From NCBI GenBank assembly GCA_965649205.1, contig CBFGJV010000003.1, positions 1 through 53,176 of the forward strand: a stretch of DNA of 53,176 nucleotides. Reading direction: 5' to 3'. This document shows, one piece after another, positions 38,524 to 49,222 of the stretch. This stretch comes from a candidate division WOR-3 bacterium. Its GTDB lineage: Bacteria; Hydrothermota; Tepidihabitantia; Tepidihabitantales; Tepidihabitantaceae. Every line of letters starts with the position of its first letter. Within the stretch, counting starts at the first letter, position 1. Below the pieces are notes generated by a model. It saw nothing but the letters and a program-made list of their open reading frames with translations. It made no database searches and was not told where the DNA came from. The position numbers and the translations under genes were made by a program.

Positions 38524-39612
38524 ATGAATCACCTTCAAGCACGCCCGCAAATAACCATTGAACTGGAAGACGGCACTATTTTCCGCGGCAACGGATTCGG
38601 CCACATCGGTCCCGCTGCTGGCGAAGTAGTATTCACCACCTCCATGGTCGGGTATGTGGAAAGCCTGACCGACCCTTCCTATCGCGGGCAGATTCTGGTT
38701 TTCACCTATCCGCTCATCGGGAACTATGGAGTCCCTGACCCGGACCTGAAGAACGACCTCGCTTCCAGGTACTTCGAATCTGACCGCATCCAGGTAGCAG
38801 GCCTTATTGTTTCTAGCGCGCAGTCAGACACCAGCCATGCCACAGCCCGCTGCTCTCTTTCTCAATGGCTGGCCGCGGAAAAAGTACCCGGAGTAGAAGA
38901 CGTAGACACCAGAAGGTTAACACTCCTTCTGCGGGAGCGCGGCACCATGCTCGGCCGACTTCTGCCCGACGGATATGCCGGCGAAACAGTAGAATTCTTC
39001 GACCCAAACCGTACAGATATGACGCGCGAAGTGAGTGTAAGTAAACCGGTATGTTATGGAGCAGGTAGAAAAAGGGTGATACTGGTGGACTGCGGTACCA
39101 AGCATTCCATTTTACGCGAACTGCTCTGCCGAAATATAGAAGTGCTGCGAGTACCATCCGCGCATGACTACACCGCTGAAGACTTCGAGGGCATACTCGT
39201 CTCTAACGGCCCCGGCAATCCTGAGCAGTGTACAGAAACGGTAAAAATCCTGCATAGAGCTCTGGCGCTGGCCAAGCCGGTATTTGGCATCTGTCTCGGC
39301 TGTCAACTCTTAGCCCTGGCTGCAGGAGCCAGAACCTACAAACTGCGCTACGGACACCGGGGGCAGAACCAGCCCTGTCGCGAAAAAGGCACTGACCATT
39401 GCCGCCTCACTAGCCAGAATCACGGGTTCGCCATCGACGCCAGCACCCTGCCCTCAGACTGGGAAGTGTGGTACGAAAACGCCAACGATGGTTCGGTTGA
39501 AGGCATACGCCACAAGCGCAGGCCATTCTTTGCGGTACAGTTTCACCCTGAAGGCAAACCCGGGCCCCTAGACACTCAAGATCTATTTGACCGTTTTGTG
39601 GCCGAGTTATGA
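38524..39612 (+). CDS. carA: Carbamoyl-phosphate synthase small subunit
   Basis: GEVVFTT...LTDPSY.GQI; SNGPGNP; GICLG; QNHG; QFHPE. Confidence 0.97.
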   Translation: MNHLQARPQITIELEDGTIFRGNGFGHIGPAAGEVVFTTSMVGYVESLTDPSYRGQILVFTYPLIGNYGVPDPDLKNDLASRYFESDRIQVAGLIVSSAQSDTSHATARCSLSQWLAAEKVPGVEDVDTRRLTLLLRERGTMLGRLLPDGYAGETVEFFDPNRTDMTREVSVSKPVCYGAGRKRVILVDCGTKHSILRELLCRNIEVLRVPSAHDYTAEDFEGILVSNGPGNPEQCTETVKILHRALALAKPVFGICLGCQLLALAAGARTYKLRYGHRGQNQPCREKGTDHCRLTSQNHGFAIDASTLPSDWEVWYENANDGSVEGIRHKRRPFFAVQFHPEGKPGPLDTQDLFDRFVAEL

Positions 39613-42600
39613 ACAGATACAAAAAGGTTCTTGTCTTGGGGTCAGGAGCTCTGCGTATAGGTCAGGCGGGTGAATTCGACTACTCCGGCTCTCAGGCGCT
39701 GAAGGCTCTGAAAGAAGAAAACATCCGTACCATATTGCTGAATCCAAACATAGCCACTGTGCAGACCACCCCCGGCTTTACCAACGAAATATATCTTCTT
39801 CCGGTGGAACCAGATTTTGTGGAAAAGGTCATCGCCCGCGAAGGGCCCGATGGTATTCTCCTGAATGTAGGCGGGCAGACCGCACTGAATACCGGCGTGA
39901 CGCTATGGAAATCCGGGGTACTTGCCCGTTACGGAGTCGCGGTACTTGGCACTCCGCCGGAAACAATAATAGAATCTGAGGACCGGCAAAAATTCGCCGA
40001 AAAAATGCGATCGGTTGGAGTGGCGGTGCCGCGGAGTGCCGCCGCCGCTTCTGTAGAACAGGCTCTGGCGCTGGCAGACCAACTAGGCTTTCCCCTGATG
40101 GTACGTGCAGGTTTCAGTCTGGACGGACTTTCTTCCGGGCCCGCTCGCTCGGTCGCCGAGCTGAAAACACGTGTGACAGAAGCGATGTGTCACGCTCCGC
40201 ACGTCCTGCTGGAAGAATATCTGGCAGGCTGGAAAGAGGTGGAATATGAAGTCGTACGGGACCGACTGGGCAATGCCGTTACCGTTTGCAATATGGAAAA
40301 TATGGACCCGATGGGCATACACACCGGCGAAAGCATCGTCGTTGCCCCCTCCCAGACCCTTACCAATGATGAGTATCATCTGCTTCGTTCAGTAGCGTTG
40401 AAGGTGGCAGCTGGTCTGGGAGTTGTCGGCGAATGCAATGTCCAGTTCGCGCTCCATCCGGGCCGGGGTGAGTATCGAGTAATAGAAATCAACGCTCGCC
40501 TTTCCCGCTCCAGCGCCCTAGCTTCCAAAGCTACCGGATACCCTCTGGCCTGGGTGGCTACCAAGCTGGGTCTGGGATATTGTCTGGCGGACCTGAAGAA
40601 CTCCGTCACCGGTGTTACCGGCTGCTTCTTTGAGCCGGCCCTGGACTACGTCACGGTGAAACTGCCACGTTGGGATTTGTCCAAATTCCGGGCCGCCTCC
40701 CGTCGCATCGGCAGCGAAATGAAAAGCGTAGGCGAAGCAATGGCCATTGGCGCCACCTTCGAAGAGGCATTACAGAAGGCGGTACGCTCGTTAGGTCTCG
40801 GTTACGACGGCCTTACCGACCCGCGGGCATATGTGGAGGACCCGGAAGACGAAATCAGACATCCAACCGACCGCCGACTCTACGCTCTGATGCAGGCACT
40901 GGCGCATGGCGTCGCGCCTGAAAAGATAAGCGCAGAAAGTGGGATAGACCCCTGGTTCCTATCCCGGCTGGTAACAATACTGCAGGCAGAACAGGCCTTG
41001 TCCGGCCGGAATCTGAACTCGCTAGATCAAACCGAGCTGTTGCGGCTCAAACGTCTGGGCTTCTCCGACCGCGCCATCGCGCGCTGTGTCGGCGCAACAG
41101 AAGATGAGGTAAGACAGCATCGACGCAGCCTGCATATCCTGCCGCGCGTCCGACGGATAGACACTCTGGCGGGAGAGTTCCCTGCAACCACCAACTATCT
41201 CTATATGACCTATGCCGGAGATTCATCGGAAGTACCGCCGGAACCTGAGGGTCGTCCCGTACTGATCTTGGGCAGCGGACCTTACTGCATTGGTTCTTCC
41301 GTGGAATTCGACTGGTGCTCCGTGGGGATGTGTACCACCGCGGCCCGTCGCGGTTATCACACAGTAATGGTAAACTGCAACCCCGAGACCGTATCCACCG
41401 ACTACGATATGAACGACCGGCTCTATTTTGAAGAACTGACATTGGAACGAGTACTGGACATCGCGGAATACGAACGTCCCCTGGGAGTTGTGGTGTCTGT
41501 CGGGGGCCAGATTCCCAACAACCTTGCCCTGGGTCTTGCCCGTCACGGCGTGCGGCTTCTTGGTACCGAACCGGACTCTATTGATCGGGCCGAAAACCGA
41601 CACCGCTTCTCGCTGCTTCTGGACGAACTGGGAGTAGCCCAACCTGCCTGGCAGGAACTCAGGAGCCTGGCCGAGGCGCGCGCCTTCGCCGCCAGGGTCG
41701 GCTATCCGGTGCTCGTACGTCCTTCCTACGTGCTTTCGGGCGCGGCAATGAACATTGCCAAGAACGAAAAGTCACTGGAGCAATACCTGACCCAAGCCAC
41801 CAGACTATCTTCTGAAAATCCGGTGGTGATTTCCAAGTTCCTTGAGGGCGCCAAGGAGATTGAAATTGACGGGGTAGCTCAGGACGGCGAACTGGTCATC
41901 TACTGCCTTACCGAACATGTGGAGCTTTCCGGGGTGCACTCCGGAGACGCTACTGTGCTCCTTCCTCCCCAGAACACTTACCTGGAAACTGTACGTCGTG
42001 CCAAAAACATCACCAAGGCGATCATACGCGCCCTTAAGATTCACGGTCCCTTCGACATCCAATTCTTAGCCCGGGATAACAACATATGGGTAATCGAATG
42101 TAATCTGCGCGCTTCCCGTTCATTTCCCTTTGTTTCCAAAGCAACTGGTTACAACTTCATCGAGTTCGCCGCCCGTGTACTCTTGGGTGAAGATGTACGC
42201 GGCCGCTATCACACCTTAGACCTTGACTACGTGGCTGTAAAGGTTCCGCAGTTCTCCTTCTCCCGGCTCAAAGGCGCCGACCCGATACTATACGTGGAAA
42301 TGACCTCCACGGGTGAATCTGCCTGTCTGGGCGAATCGCTGGAAGAAGCCTGGCTCAAGGCAGCGCTGGCCAACGGCCTGCGCCTACCCCAGAGGACCAT
42401 ACTTGTTTCCCTGGGAGGAGAGCAGGCTAAGGCTAAGCTGCTTGAACCACTACGGGACCTATCGGCTGCCGGTTATGACCTTTATGCCACTCCCGGCACC
42501 CACGCTTTTCTCTCTGCCCACAACATCCGAGTTAATCTCGCAAGAAAAGTTTCTTCTTCTGTGGCCGGCGCACCGAGCATGCTGGAACTGATTGCTACGC

Positions 42601-42821
42601 GGAAAGTGGAATGTGTAGTAAACGTACCTCGCCGTGCCGCAGATGAGACCGCACTGACAGACGGCTATCGCATCAGGAGAGCCGCGGCTGACTATGGCAT
42701 ACCCCTCATAAACGATGTGGAACTGGCCCGACTTTTCTTCCGTGTCCTGCTCCGCCAAACCTCAGAGAGTCTGGGTATAAAACCCCTCTCTGCCTATGTG
42801 AGCCGGGCACGGGCTGACTAA
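39609..42821 (+). CDS. carB: Carbamoyl-phosphate synthase large subunit
   Basis: IGQAGEFDYSG; two ATP-grasp halves; GIHTGES; NCNPETVSTDYD; RPSYVLSG; MGS-like tail. Confidence 0.97.
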   Translation: MNRYKKVLVLGSGALRIGQAGEFDYSGSQALKALKEENIRTILLNPNIATVQTTPGFTNEIYLLPVEPDFVEKVIAREGPDGILLNVGGQTALNTGVTLWKSGVLARYGVAVLGTPPETIIESEDRQKFAEKMRSVGVAVPRSAAAASVEQALALADQLGFPLMVRAGFSLDGLSSGPARSVAELKTRVTEAMCHAPHVLLEEYLAGWKEVEYEVVRDRLGNAVTVCNMENMDPMGIHTGESIVVAPSQTLTNDEYHLLRSVALKVAAGLGVVGECNVQFALHPGRGEYRVIEINARLSRSSALASKATGYPLAWVATKLGLGYCLADLKNSVTGVTGCFFEPALDYVTVKLPRWDLSKFRAASRRIGSEMKSVGEAMAIGATFEEALQKAVRSLGLGYDGLTDPRAYVEDPEDEIRHPTDRRLYALMQALAHGVAPEKISAESGIDPWFLSRLVTILQAEQALSGRNLNSLDQTELLRLKRLGFSDRAIARCVGATEDEVRQHRRSLHILPRVRRIDTLAGEFPATTNYLYMTYAGDSSEVPPEPEGRPVLILGSGPYCIGSSVEFDWCSVGMCTTAARRGYHTVMVNCNPETVSTDYDMNDRLYFEELTLERVLDIAEYERPLGVVVSVGGQIPNNLALGLARHGVRLLGTEPDSIDRAENRHRFSLLLDELGVAQPAWQELRSLAEARAFAARVGYPVLVRPSYVLSGAAMNIAKNEKSLEQYLTQATRLSSENPVVISKFLEGAKEIEIDGVAQDGELVIYCLTEHVELSGVHSGDATVLLPPQNTYLETVRRAKNITKAIIRALKIHGPFDIQFLARDNNIWVIECNLRASRSFPFVSKATGYNFIEFAARVLLGEDVRGRYHTLDLDYVAVKVPQFSFSRLKGADPILYVEMTSTGESACLGESLEEAWLKAALANGLRLPQRTILVSLGGEQAKAKLLEPLRDLSAAGYDLYATPGTHAFLSAHNIRVNLARKVSSSVAGAPSMLELIATRKVECVVNVPRRAADETALTDGYRIRRAAADYGIPLINDVELARLFFRVLLRQTSESLGIKPLSAYVSRARAD

Positions 42822-42855
42822 ATTCTATTACCGGGTAGTCTGCAGCTCGCGGACG

Positions 42856-44139
42856 TCAGGGTGCGAGATTGTCACTGACCAGCGAAGTGATCAGTTCCTC
42901 GTATATGTCAACCAACTCTACTTCCTTTGCCTGAATGTATTCCCAGACTCGGGCCAGCTTCTGTTGGTCTTGTTTCTTTCCTGGTCTGGTAGTACTGCGT
43001 AACATTCCCGCCAGCCGGCCGATGATGGCCTCATTGGTAGCAAGCGCTTCCGTAAGAAGTTCGGCCTGATTGGGCAAAACCATTCTCATCTGCTCTAGGA
43101 AACGGCTGATGCTTTCCCGGTTCGCCAGAGTTGTCCAGAGAAGTCTTTCGTAACATTCCGCCACTTCATCCTCGCCACATATCGGGCAGAACGGCACCGT
43201 ATCCAGACTGGCCAGCAGCATATCATAGGCCTGAATTCCTGTTCTCCAGCCGGTATCCGCGTGGACCTGAAGTACCTCCAAGGCCCGTTTCAGAGCCATA
43301 ACTAGGATCGCTCCCGGCTCAGCCTGCTTTCCTTTCACCTGGACGACAAAGGCCTCCTCAGGCTGACCTGCTAGCGCCACTTCTTTTGCCGCACCAGGAG
43401 CATAGCCGTAAATAGTCGTACCGGCCAGGTCACAACGGCTTGCCACTCCCCATACCTGTCCCTGACCAGAAGTCATCCATTCTCCCCAGACAATAACTGT
43501 TTTTCCTCGCGCCAGCTCCTGTTTTATGACATCAAACAAATCCCCTCCGCTTAATCGTTGCAGTCCGAGGCCTACCAACGGCAGCGCATCTTTGAGATAA
43601 TTCTCATCTGTCTGGCAGTATGGGGCCGAACGACACCTGTGAGGATGAAAAGCAAAGGTGAACGACTCGCCGGTAAGGGCAGCCAGCCAGTCATATTCCG
43701 CTTCCTGTCCGTTGTGCAACAGTATGTCATACAAAGCCAGAGCCAGACTGGCCTGATATTTCTCTAGAACCGAAACTACACCCAGAGGCCCTGGGGCGGC
43801 TTCCTTTTCTATCTCTTCTTCATTACGCAGAATTGTCAGTTTTACCCGCTGGCGCCCGGCCTCCTGCGCCCTGAGCTGAGCCTGACGCAACTCCTCCTCT
43901 GTCTGCACAGACACTCCATCGTACACAAGAACCAAATCTCCTGGCTGCAACCCCAAGGTCTCCGCCTGACTGCGGGGAATCACTTTCCATACTTCAGGCC
44001 GTAACACTCTCTGGTAAGCCTCGCCTAGCTTGGGCCCTGTTGTTTTCTGGGCGCAACTGGCTACAAGCACACAAAGCAGAACTGCGTAGCTTGCTTTCAG
44101 TAGTCTGGTCTGCGGACTACTGTTACCCCAGCGCGACAC
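42856..44139 (-). CDS. Putative lipoprotein with PDZ domain and uncharacterised C-terminal region
   Basis: Lipobox LVAS-C; SQAETLGLQPGDLVLVYDG...LTILR. Confidence 0.7.
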   Translation of the reverse strand: MSRWGNSSPQTRLLKASYAVLLCVLVASCAQKTTGPKLGEAYQRVLRPEVWKVIPRSQAETLGLQPGDLVLVYDGVSVQTEEELRQAQLRAQEAGRQRVKLTILRNEEEIEKEAAPGPLGVVSVLEKYQASLALALYDILLHNGQEAEYDWLAALTGESFTFAFHPHRCRSAPYCQTDENYLKDALPLVGLGLQRLSGGDLFDVIKQELARGKTVIVWGEWMTSGQGQVWGVASRCDLAGTTIYGYAPGAAKEVALAGQPEEAFVVQVKGKQAEPGAILVMALKRALEVLQVHADTGWRTGIQAYDMLLASLDTVPFCPICGEDEVAECYERLLWTTLANRESISRFLEQMRMVLPNQAELLTEALATNEAIIGRLAGMLRSTTRPGKKQDQQKLARVWEYIQAKEVELVDIYEELITSLVSDNLAP

Positions 44140-44158
44140 TCTGCCCCCAGCTTCAAAG

Positions 44159-45190
44159 CTAATTGGGTTTAATGGCTGAAACAGGCTCGCCCAAACCGGC
44201 AGGTGCTTCCAATCGCAGAGCTACATCGGCCAGTCCGGCAAGTACATCTTTTATCTGCTGATCCAATAACCCGCTGTCCTTTATACGCGGCCACATCTGC
44301 CGAGCCAGTGTGGCGGCCGAATAGGTAATTCGCACGTGTCCAAACCCAATTTCCTCCAGGGTCTGTTTCATAGTCATACTTGTAAAATGCTCCAGCTCGT
44401 ACCAGCTACCGCCGATGATCGCCTCCCGGTTCCTCTCCAGGAATTGTATGCCCACCTCGGGATTCTGCGAAGGATTAGGGCCGATTCTTTCTATAAGGTC
44501 TGCCAGTTTTTTGAACGCTTCTTTCGTCTGCGGGTCCGGTCTAAATTTAACCAGATAGTTATGCTCCCAGGGCGGACGGCTGTGCCTCAACACATAGTGG
44601 AAACCCAGAAAATCCTCTGACTCAGTGAGGAACACGGACTCGCTAATACCTCTTTCCTGCTTTTCATAGGGCTCAAACTCTATGCGTACCCTGCCGCCCG
44701 GCCGCAGCACCCGGAAACATTCGCGCAGAACAGCGTATGGGTCTGGGGATTGCTCTATGGAGTGGGAAGCTACAACTCCGTCAAAGCTGTTGTCTGGAAA
44801 ATCCAGTTGCACACCGATCTGTTTCACTAGGGTGACATTCGTCAAGCCCAGACGCTCGGCGTGCGCCCGACAGATATCAAGCCGCGCTGCTACCGGCTCC
44901 ACTCCCGTTACCGACTCAAAAAACGGCGCCAGACGCAGCAACGGCCACCCCTCGCCCGACCCGATATCTAGTACCCGTCTTGCCTCGCCCATATGGGCTA
45001 CAAAGTCCCTTATGCGAGCTTCCTCATAGAAATGTTCTTCCTGCCTGAAGTCCTGCGGTACTTCAATCACGGGCAGCTTGCTTCCCGATCGACCGCTCAG
45101 GCGGGAAAAAGTCTGCGTGGCACTATCGGACTCTTCGGGTTTGATTTCGTTTACAATCCAGGTTTCAAGAACTGTGTATTTCTTTGCCAT
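44159..45190 (-). CDS. Class I SAM-dependent methyltransferase
   Basis: VLDIGSGEG; FPDNSFDGV; RVLRPGG; start taken at ATG 45190, downstream of TTGACT-N17-TATTAT (45229-45201). Confidence 0.85.
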   Translation of the reverse strand: MAKKYTVLETWIVNEIKPEESDSATQTFSRLSGRSGSKLPVIEVPQDFRQEEHFYEEARIRDFVAHMGEARRVLDIGSGEGWPLLRLAPFFESVTGVEPVAARLDICRAHAERLGLTNVTLVKQIGVQLDFPDNSFDGVVASHSIEQSPDPYAVLRECFRVLRPGGRVRIEFEPYEKQERGISESVFLTESEDFLGFHYVLRHSRPPWEHNYLVKFRPDPQTKEAFKKLADLIERIGPNPSQNPEVGIQFLERNREAIIGGSWYELEHFTSMTMKQTLEEIGFGHVRITYSAATLARQMWPRIKDSGLLDQQIKDVLAGLADVALRLEAPAGLGEPVSAIKPN

Positions 45191-45289
45191 GAGTATGGGC
45201 ATAATAGTATCCAACTCACTACAAGTCAAGAAGCGACCAACCCTGTATCGTATCTATGTAACACTAGGTAACCCCGTAATTCTGTAGCG

Positions 45290-45317
45290 TTGACGGTAGA
45301 AGACACCTGTCTATAAT
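45290..45317 (+). promoter_or_regulatory. sigma70-like promoter of the smpB operon (near-leaderless)
   Basis: TTGACG-N16-TATAAT, 8 nt before GTG 45326. Confidence 0.7.
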
Positions 45318-45325
45318 CACTAGTA

Positions 45326-45814
45326 GTGACGAAACATAATTCGGGAAAGAAAGACAGCGGTCGTCCCGTAGCTACCAACCGTAAAGCCTTGAGAAATTAC
45401 CAGATTCTTGAAACCATGGAAGCGGGTATCGAACTCACCGGTACAGAAGTAAAATCAGTCCGCCTAGGGCAAGTATCGCTGGACGAAGGATACGCCGCAG
45501 TCGAAAAAGGAGAGGTATTTCTATACGATGTAAACATAGCGCCTTACGCCCAGGGCAACATCTTCAACCGCGACCCTAAGCGAAAACGCCGCCTGCTCCT
45601 TCACCGCGACGAAATAAAACGTCTTTGGGGTCGCACTACCATGAGAGGCTACACATTGGTGCCTCTGAAAATGTACTTCAATAAACGAGGCAGAGCCAAG
45701 ATAGAATTGGCTCTGTGTCGTGGCCGCAAGTTGCACGACCGTCGCGAAGACCTCCGCCGCCGTGCGCAGGAACGTGACGACCGTGAAACTCAGCGCATGC
45801 TCAAACGCATATGA
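45326..45814 (+). CDS. smpB: SsrA-binding protein
   Basis: NRKA..NY; EAGIELTGTEVKSVR; RRLLLH; G.KLHDRRE. Confidence 0.97.
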   Translation: MTKHNSGKKDSGRPVATNRKALRNYQILETMEAGIELTGTEVKSVRLGQVSLDEGYAAVEKGEVFLYDVNIAPYAQGNIFNRDPKRKRRLLLHRDEIKRLWGRTTMRGYTLVPLKMYFNKRGRAKIELALCRGRKLHDRREDLRRRAQERDDRETQRMLKRI

Positions 45815-47280
45815 ACCGCTGCACACCAACCTCACTAGGCTGGGCGATTACTGTTTCTCTAGCCCTCCTTCTCAGTTCCAGCTTCGCTCAATTGCAAATA
45901 TGCGATCAGTCCGTACCGATCCGCGAACTATCGGGCATCCCCCACGTTCCTCTATCCTTGCTTATCCAAGCGTGCGGCGGCCGGCAATGGCGAGTAGTAG
46001 AACCCACTGGCCAGCAGCGCATTGTTGCGGTCATACCCGCAAAAGACCAGCCGACTGGGGTAATTAAGGAAACAGAGTTCGTATTCTGGCCGGAAAAAGC
46101 TATCATTCGGGCTGGTGAGCAGGAAATCATACTTCCCGCTCCTGTTCGTCTGGAAAGCGATGGTCTGCTGTACATACCGGTGGCGGCTCTGCCTGCCATT
46201 CTTCCGGAGTTTACCCCCGCTCTACCCGCACTTGCCCTTACGGGCGTGTACTCTCTCCGCGATACCGCTTTCATAAAACTCGGTGTTGCTGTTCCCGAAA
46301 CCACCATGCGGAAACCCCGGACGGCAGCCCGGCGTCCTCCTATATGGCACGGCGTAACAAAATCAAGTCTGGAATATCAGCTTGCCGTAGCTGCCCGTTG
46401 CGATTCCGGGGCTGTCCAACAAATCAGGCTGATACCCCCCTTGACCGGCAATAACCTGATAGAATCGGTACGGGTGGAGAATGCAGGAGGGACAACTATT
46501 CACTTCCAGTTTCGCAGGCCGACAACCGTGAAGGTCAGTGCCGAAACGTCCGGAATTCTCATAAAAGCCTGGCCTAGACCGGAGAAGAAAGTTCGTTCCA
46601 TCGTTCTCGATCCCGGACACGGCGGGCCTGACCCAGGAGCCATGAGTCCTTCAGGTACAAAAGAGAAGGACATCGTCCTGGACATAGCTTTGCGTATTCG
46701 ACCCAAACTAGAAGCTGCCGGGCTGGAAGTGATTCTCACCCGGGAAAAAGACGAACTGGTTACCCTGAGTGACCGATCCAAACTGACCAATACGAAGAAA
46801 GCCGACCTGTTCGTCTCCATTCACGCCAATGCGGCTCTCAACCGTAAAGCCTGTGGCCTGGAGACCTATTTCCTTTCTGAAAGCAAAACTGACTGGGAGC
46901 GCGCCGTGGCCGCCCGGGAAAACGCCGCCCTGGAATTTGAACTTGCTGACAGTATCCAAACAAAAGAAGAACTGGAATTGATACTGGCCGACCTGGCCCA
47001 AAACGAATTTCTGCTCGAATCAAGCGAACTGGCTGCTCACATTCAAGAGCAAACCCTGCCCTTAGCCCGCATAGCAAATAGGGGGGTCAGACAGGCTAAC
47101 TTTTTCGTATTGCGTAATAACTACAGACCCGCCGTCCTGGTAGAATGTGGTTTTATTACCAACCGCAGCGAAGAAAAACTTCTCAACGACCCGTTACATC
47201 GAGAACGGCTGGCTGAAGGCATCACTCAGGGTATCCTGGCGTTTATCCGTCAGTACGAGCGTCGCATTAATGGCATCTAA
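45811..47280 (+). CDS. N-acetylmuramoyl-L-alanine amidase (Amidase_3, AmiC-like)
   Basis: Signal peptide; LDPGHGGPDPGA; FVSIHAN; VLVECGF. Confidence 0.93.
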   Translation: MNRCTPTSLGWAITVSLALLLSSSFAQLQICDQSVPIRELSGIPHVPLSLLIQACGGRQWRVVEPTGQQRIVAVIPAKDQPTGVIKETEFVFWPEKAIIRAGEQEIILPAPVRLESDGLLYIPVAALPAILPEFTPALPALALTGVYSLRDTAFIKLGVAVPETTMRKPRTAARRPPIWHGVTKSSLEYQLAVAARCDSGAVQQIRLIPPLTGNNLIESVRVENAGGTTIHFQFRRPTTVKVSAETSGILIKAWPRPEKKVRSIVLDPGHGGPDPGAMSPSGTKEKDIVLDIALRIRPKLEAAGLEVILTREKDELVTLSDRSKLTNTKKADLFVSIHANAALNRKACGLETYFLSESKTDWERAVAARENAALEFELADSIQTKEELELILADLAQNEFLLESSELAAHIQEQTLPLARIANRGVRQANFFVLRNNYRPAVLVECGFITNRSEEKLLNDPLHRERLAEGITQGILAFIRQYERRINGI

Positions 47281-47319
47281 GTATATCCCCTCCGCAGGTA
47301 CCAAGGCCCCGAGTAAGTT

Positions 47320-48198
47320 ATGAACACAACTGTTTCCCTGCCTGTTTCTTCCAACGCTCCAATCGGCATATTCGATTCCGGCGTTGGTGGTCTCACGGTA
47401 GTACGCGCACTCAGACGCAGATTGCCCGCCGAGCATCTTCTGTATCTAGGAGACACGGCCCGCGTACCCTACGGCTCCAAGTCGGCTGAAACTATCATCC
47501 AATTTGCCCGCCAGGACGCTTTCTTTTTGCTCAATCGCGGGGTGAAAATGCTAATCGTGGCCTGTCATTCCGTCTCCTCTGTAGCGCTGACCGAACTGGC
47601 AACCCTCGCCGAAATTCCTGTTATTGGCGTCATAGAGCCCGGCGCCCATGCCCTCGTCTCTGCCACCGTAAGAAACCGAGTGGCAGTTATTGGCACCCAG
47701 GCCACGATTCGTGCCGGTGCCTACGAACAAGCCATTCGCCGTCTACGGCCAGGCATCGAAATAATAGCCCGGGCCACCCCTCTTCTTGTTCCCTTAGCCG
47801 AAGAAGGATGGGGAGACGAAGAACTGCACAACCTACCCCAGCCTTGCGCAGAAAACTATAAAGTCAAGGCGGCTGAACTGGTGTGTCGCAGTTATCTGGA
47901 AAGCCTGGCGGCCGAAGGTATTGACGCCCTGCTGCTTGGCTGCACGCACTTTCCCCTGCTAGCCAAAACTATTGCCCGGATTATGGGGCCTTCAGTAACA
48001 CTCGTGGATGCGGCCGAAGAAACCGCTGCTACAGCTGCGGACCTGCTTCTGCATCAGGGCCTCGCCCGTACGGCCGACTCCGCCGGCAGTCTGCGCATCT
48101 ATCTTACAGACCTTGCCCCTGGTTTCGAGACGCTCACCGCACGATTTCTCGGCTCAGCGCCCAATGAAGTAATGCGGATAACCTTGCCTCCCGCATGA
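47320..48198 (+). CDS. murI: Glutamate racemase
   Basis: GIFDSGVGGLTV; GDTARVPYG; ACHS; LGCTHFP. Confidence 0.95.
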   Translation: MNTTVSLPVSSNAPIGIFDSGVGGLTVVRALRRRLPAEHLLYLGDTARVPYGSKSAETIIQFARQDAFFLLNRGVKMLIVACHSVSSVALTELATLAEIPVIGVIEPGAHALVSATVRNRVAVIGTQATIRAGAYEQAIRRLRPGIEIIARATPLLVPLAEEGWGDEELHNLPQPCAENYKVKAAELVCRSYLESLAAEGIDALLLGCTHFPLLAKTIARIMGPSVTLVDAAEETAATAADLLLHQGLARTADSAGSLRIYLTDLAPGFETLTARFLGSAPNEVMRITLPPA

Positions 48199-49175
48199 CC
48201 GAACCAATCCGACGTTTCCACCGTATTGCCTCCGATCGACTGGCTGGCAAGAGACTTGACCAGTATCTGGTACTATCAGGAATTGGTTTGTCCCGCTCGC
48301 GCACTGCTCGCCTGATTGAGGAAGGATTTGTCACCGTAAACGGCAATCGCACGAAGCCAGGCTACCGAATAAAACCTGGTGACGAGGTAACAGCTGAATT
48401 TCAACCCGAACCTGTACTCACCCTTGAACCTCAGCCGATGCAGCTCAATATCGTTTACGAAGACGAAGACGTAATCGTCATAGACAAACCGGCTCGAGTT
48501 GTGGTACATCCCGCTCGGGGCAACCGTGACCACACGTTAGTCAACGCGCTTCTCTACCATTGTAGAACTCTGCCTCTACGCGCAGATTCGCTAACTCGTC
48601 CGGGTGTAGTCCACCGTCTAGACAAGGACACTACTGGCCTGCTTATGTTCGCCAAGAATGACTTGGCACTAACCGAACTCGGCTACCAGATAGAACACCG
48701 CACCGTACTTAGAGAATACCTCACCTTTGCCTGGGGAGATTTCGAATTGGAAGAGGGAATAATTGACGCTCCTATTGGCCGCCACACAATTGACCGCACC
48801 CGTATGGCGGTTACCCCCTTTCAAGCCCGCACTGCTATTACCAACTATCAGGTCCTGCGCCGCTACAACATCTGCACATATCTGCGTCTGCGGCTAAAAA
48901 CCGGCCGTACTCACCAAATCCGGGTTCATCTTCAACACATTGGCCATCCGGTCGTAGGCGATCCGGAATACGGTGGCCGCAGTCCGACCGTAATCCGCCA
49001 TCGCCAGCACGCCCCCCTTTTTCAACAAATTCTTGGTCTGATGAAACGCCAGGCGCTGCATGCTGCCAGACTCGGATTCCATCACCCGCGCACCAGAAAG
49101 TATATGGAATTTACTTCTGCTCTGCCGGAAGATATGGAAAAACTTTTGCTATATCTGGAACAACAGCGGACTTAA
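48195..49175 (+). CDS. rluD: RluA-family pseudouridine synthase (RluD-like, with S4 domain)
   Basis: RLDQYL S4 domain; VHRLDKDTTGL; KTGRTHQIRVH; QALHA. Confidence 0.9.
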   Translation: MTEPIRRFHRIASDRLAGKRLDQYLVLSGIGLSRSRTARLIEEGFVTVNGNRTKPGYRIKPGDEVTAEFQPEPVLTLEPQPMQLNIVYEDEDVIVIDKPARVVVHPARGNRDHTLVNALLYHCRTLPLRADSLTRPGVVHRLDKDTTGLLMFAKNDLALTELGYQIEHRTVLREYLTFAWGDFELEEGIIDAPIGRHTIDRTRMAVTPFQARTAITNYQVLRRYNICTYLRLRLKTGRTHQIRVHLQHIGHPVVGDPEYGGRSPTVIRHRQHAPLFQQILGLMKRQALHAARLGFHHPRTRKYMEFTSALPEDMEKLLLYLEQQRT

Positions 49176-49222
49176 TCCCCTTGCTTGTCCCCAACTGTTA
49201 TTGATTACCGTTCCTATCGTGT

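Noticed and set aside
45230..45330. tmRNA (ssrA) next to smpB
   Set aside because: No room and no tRNA-like ends; only divergent promoters are present
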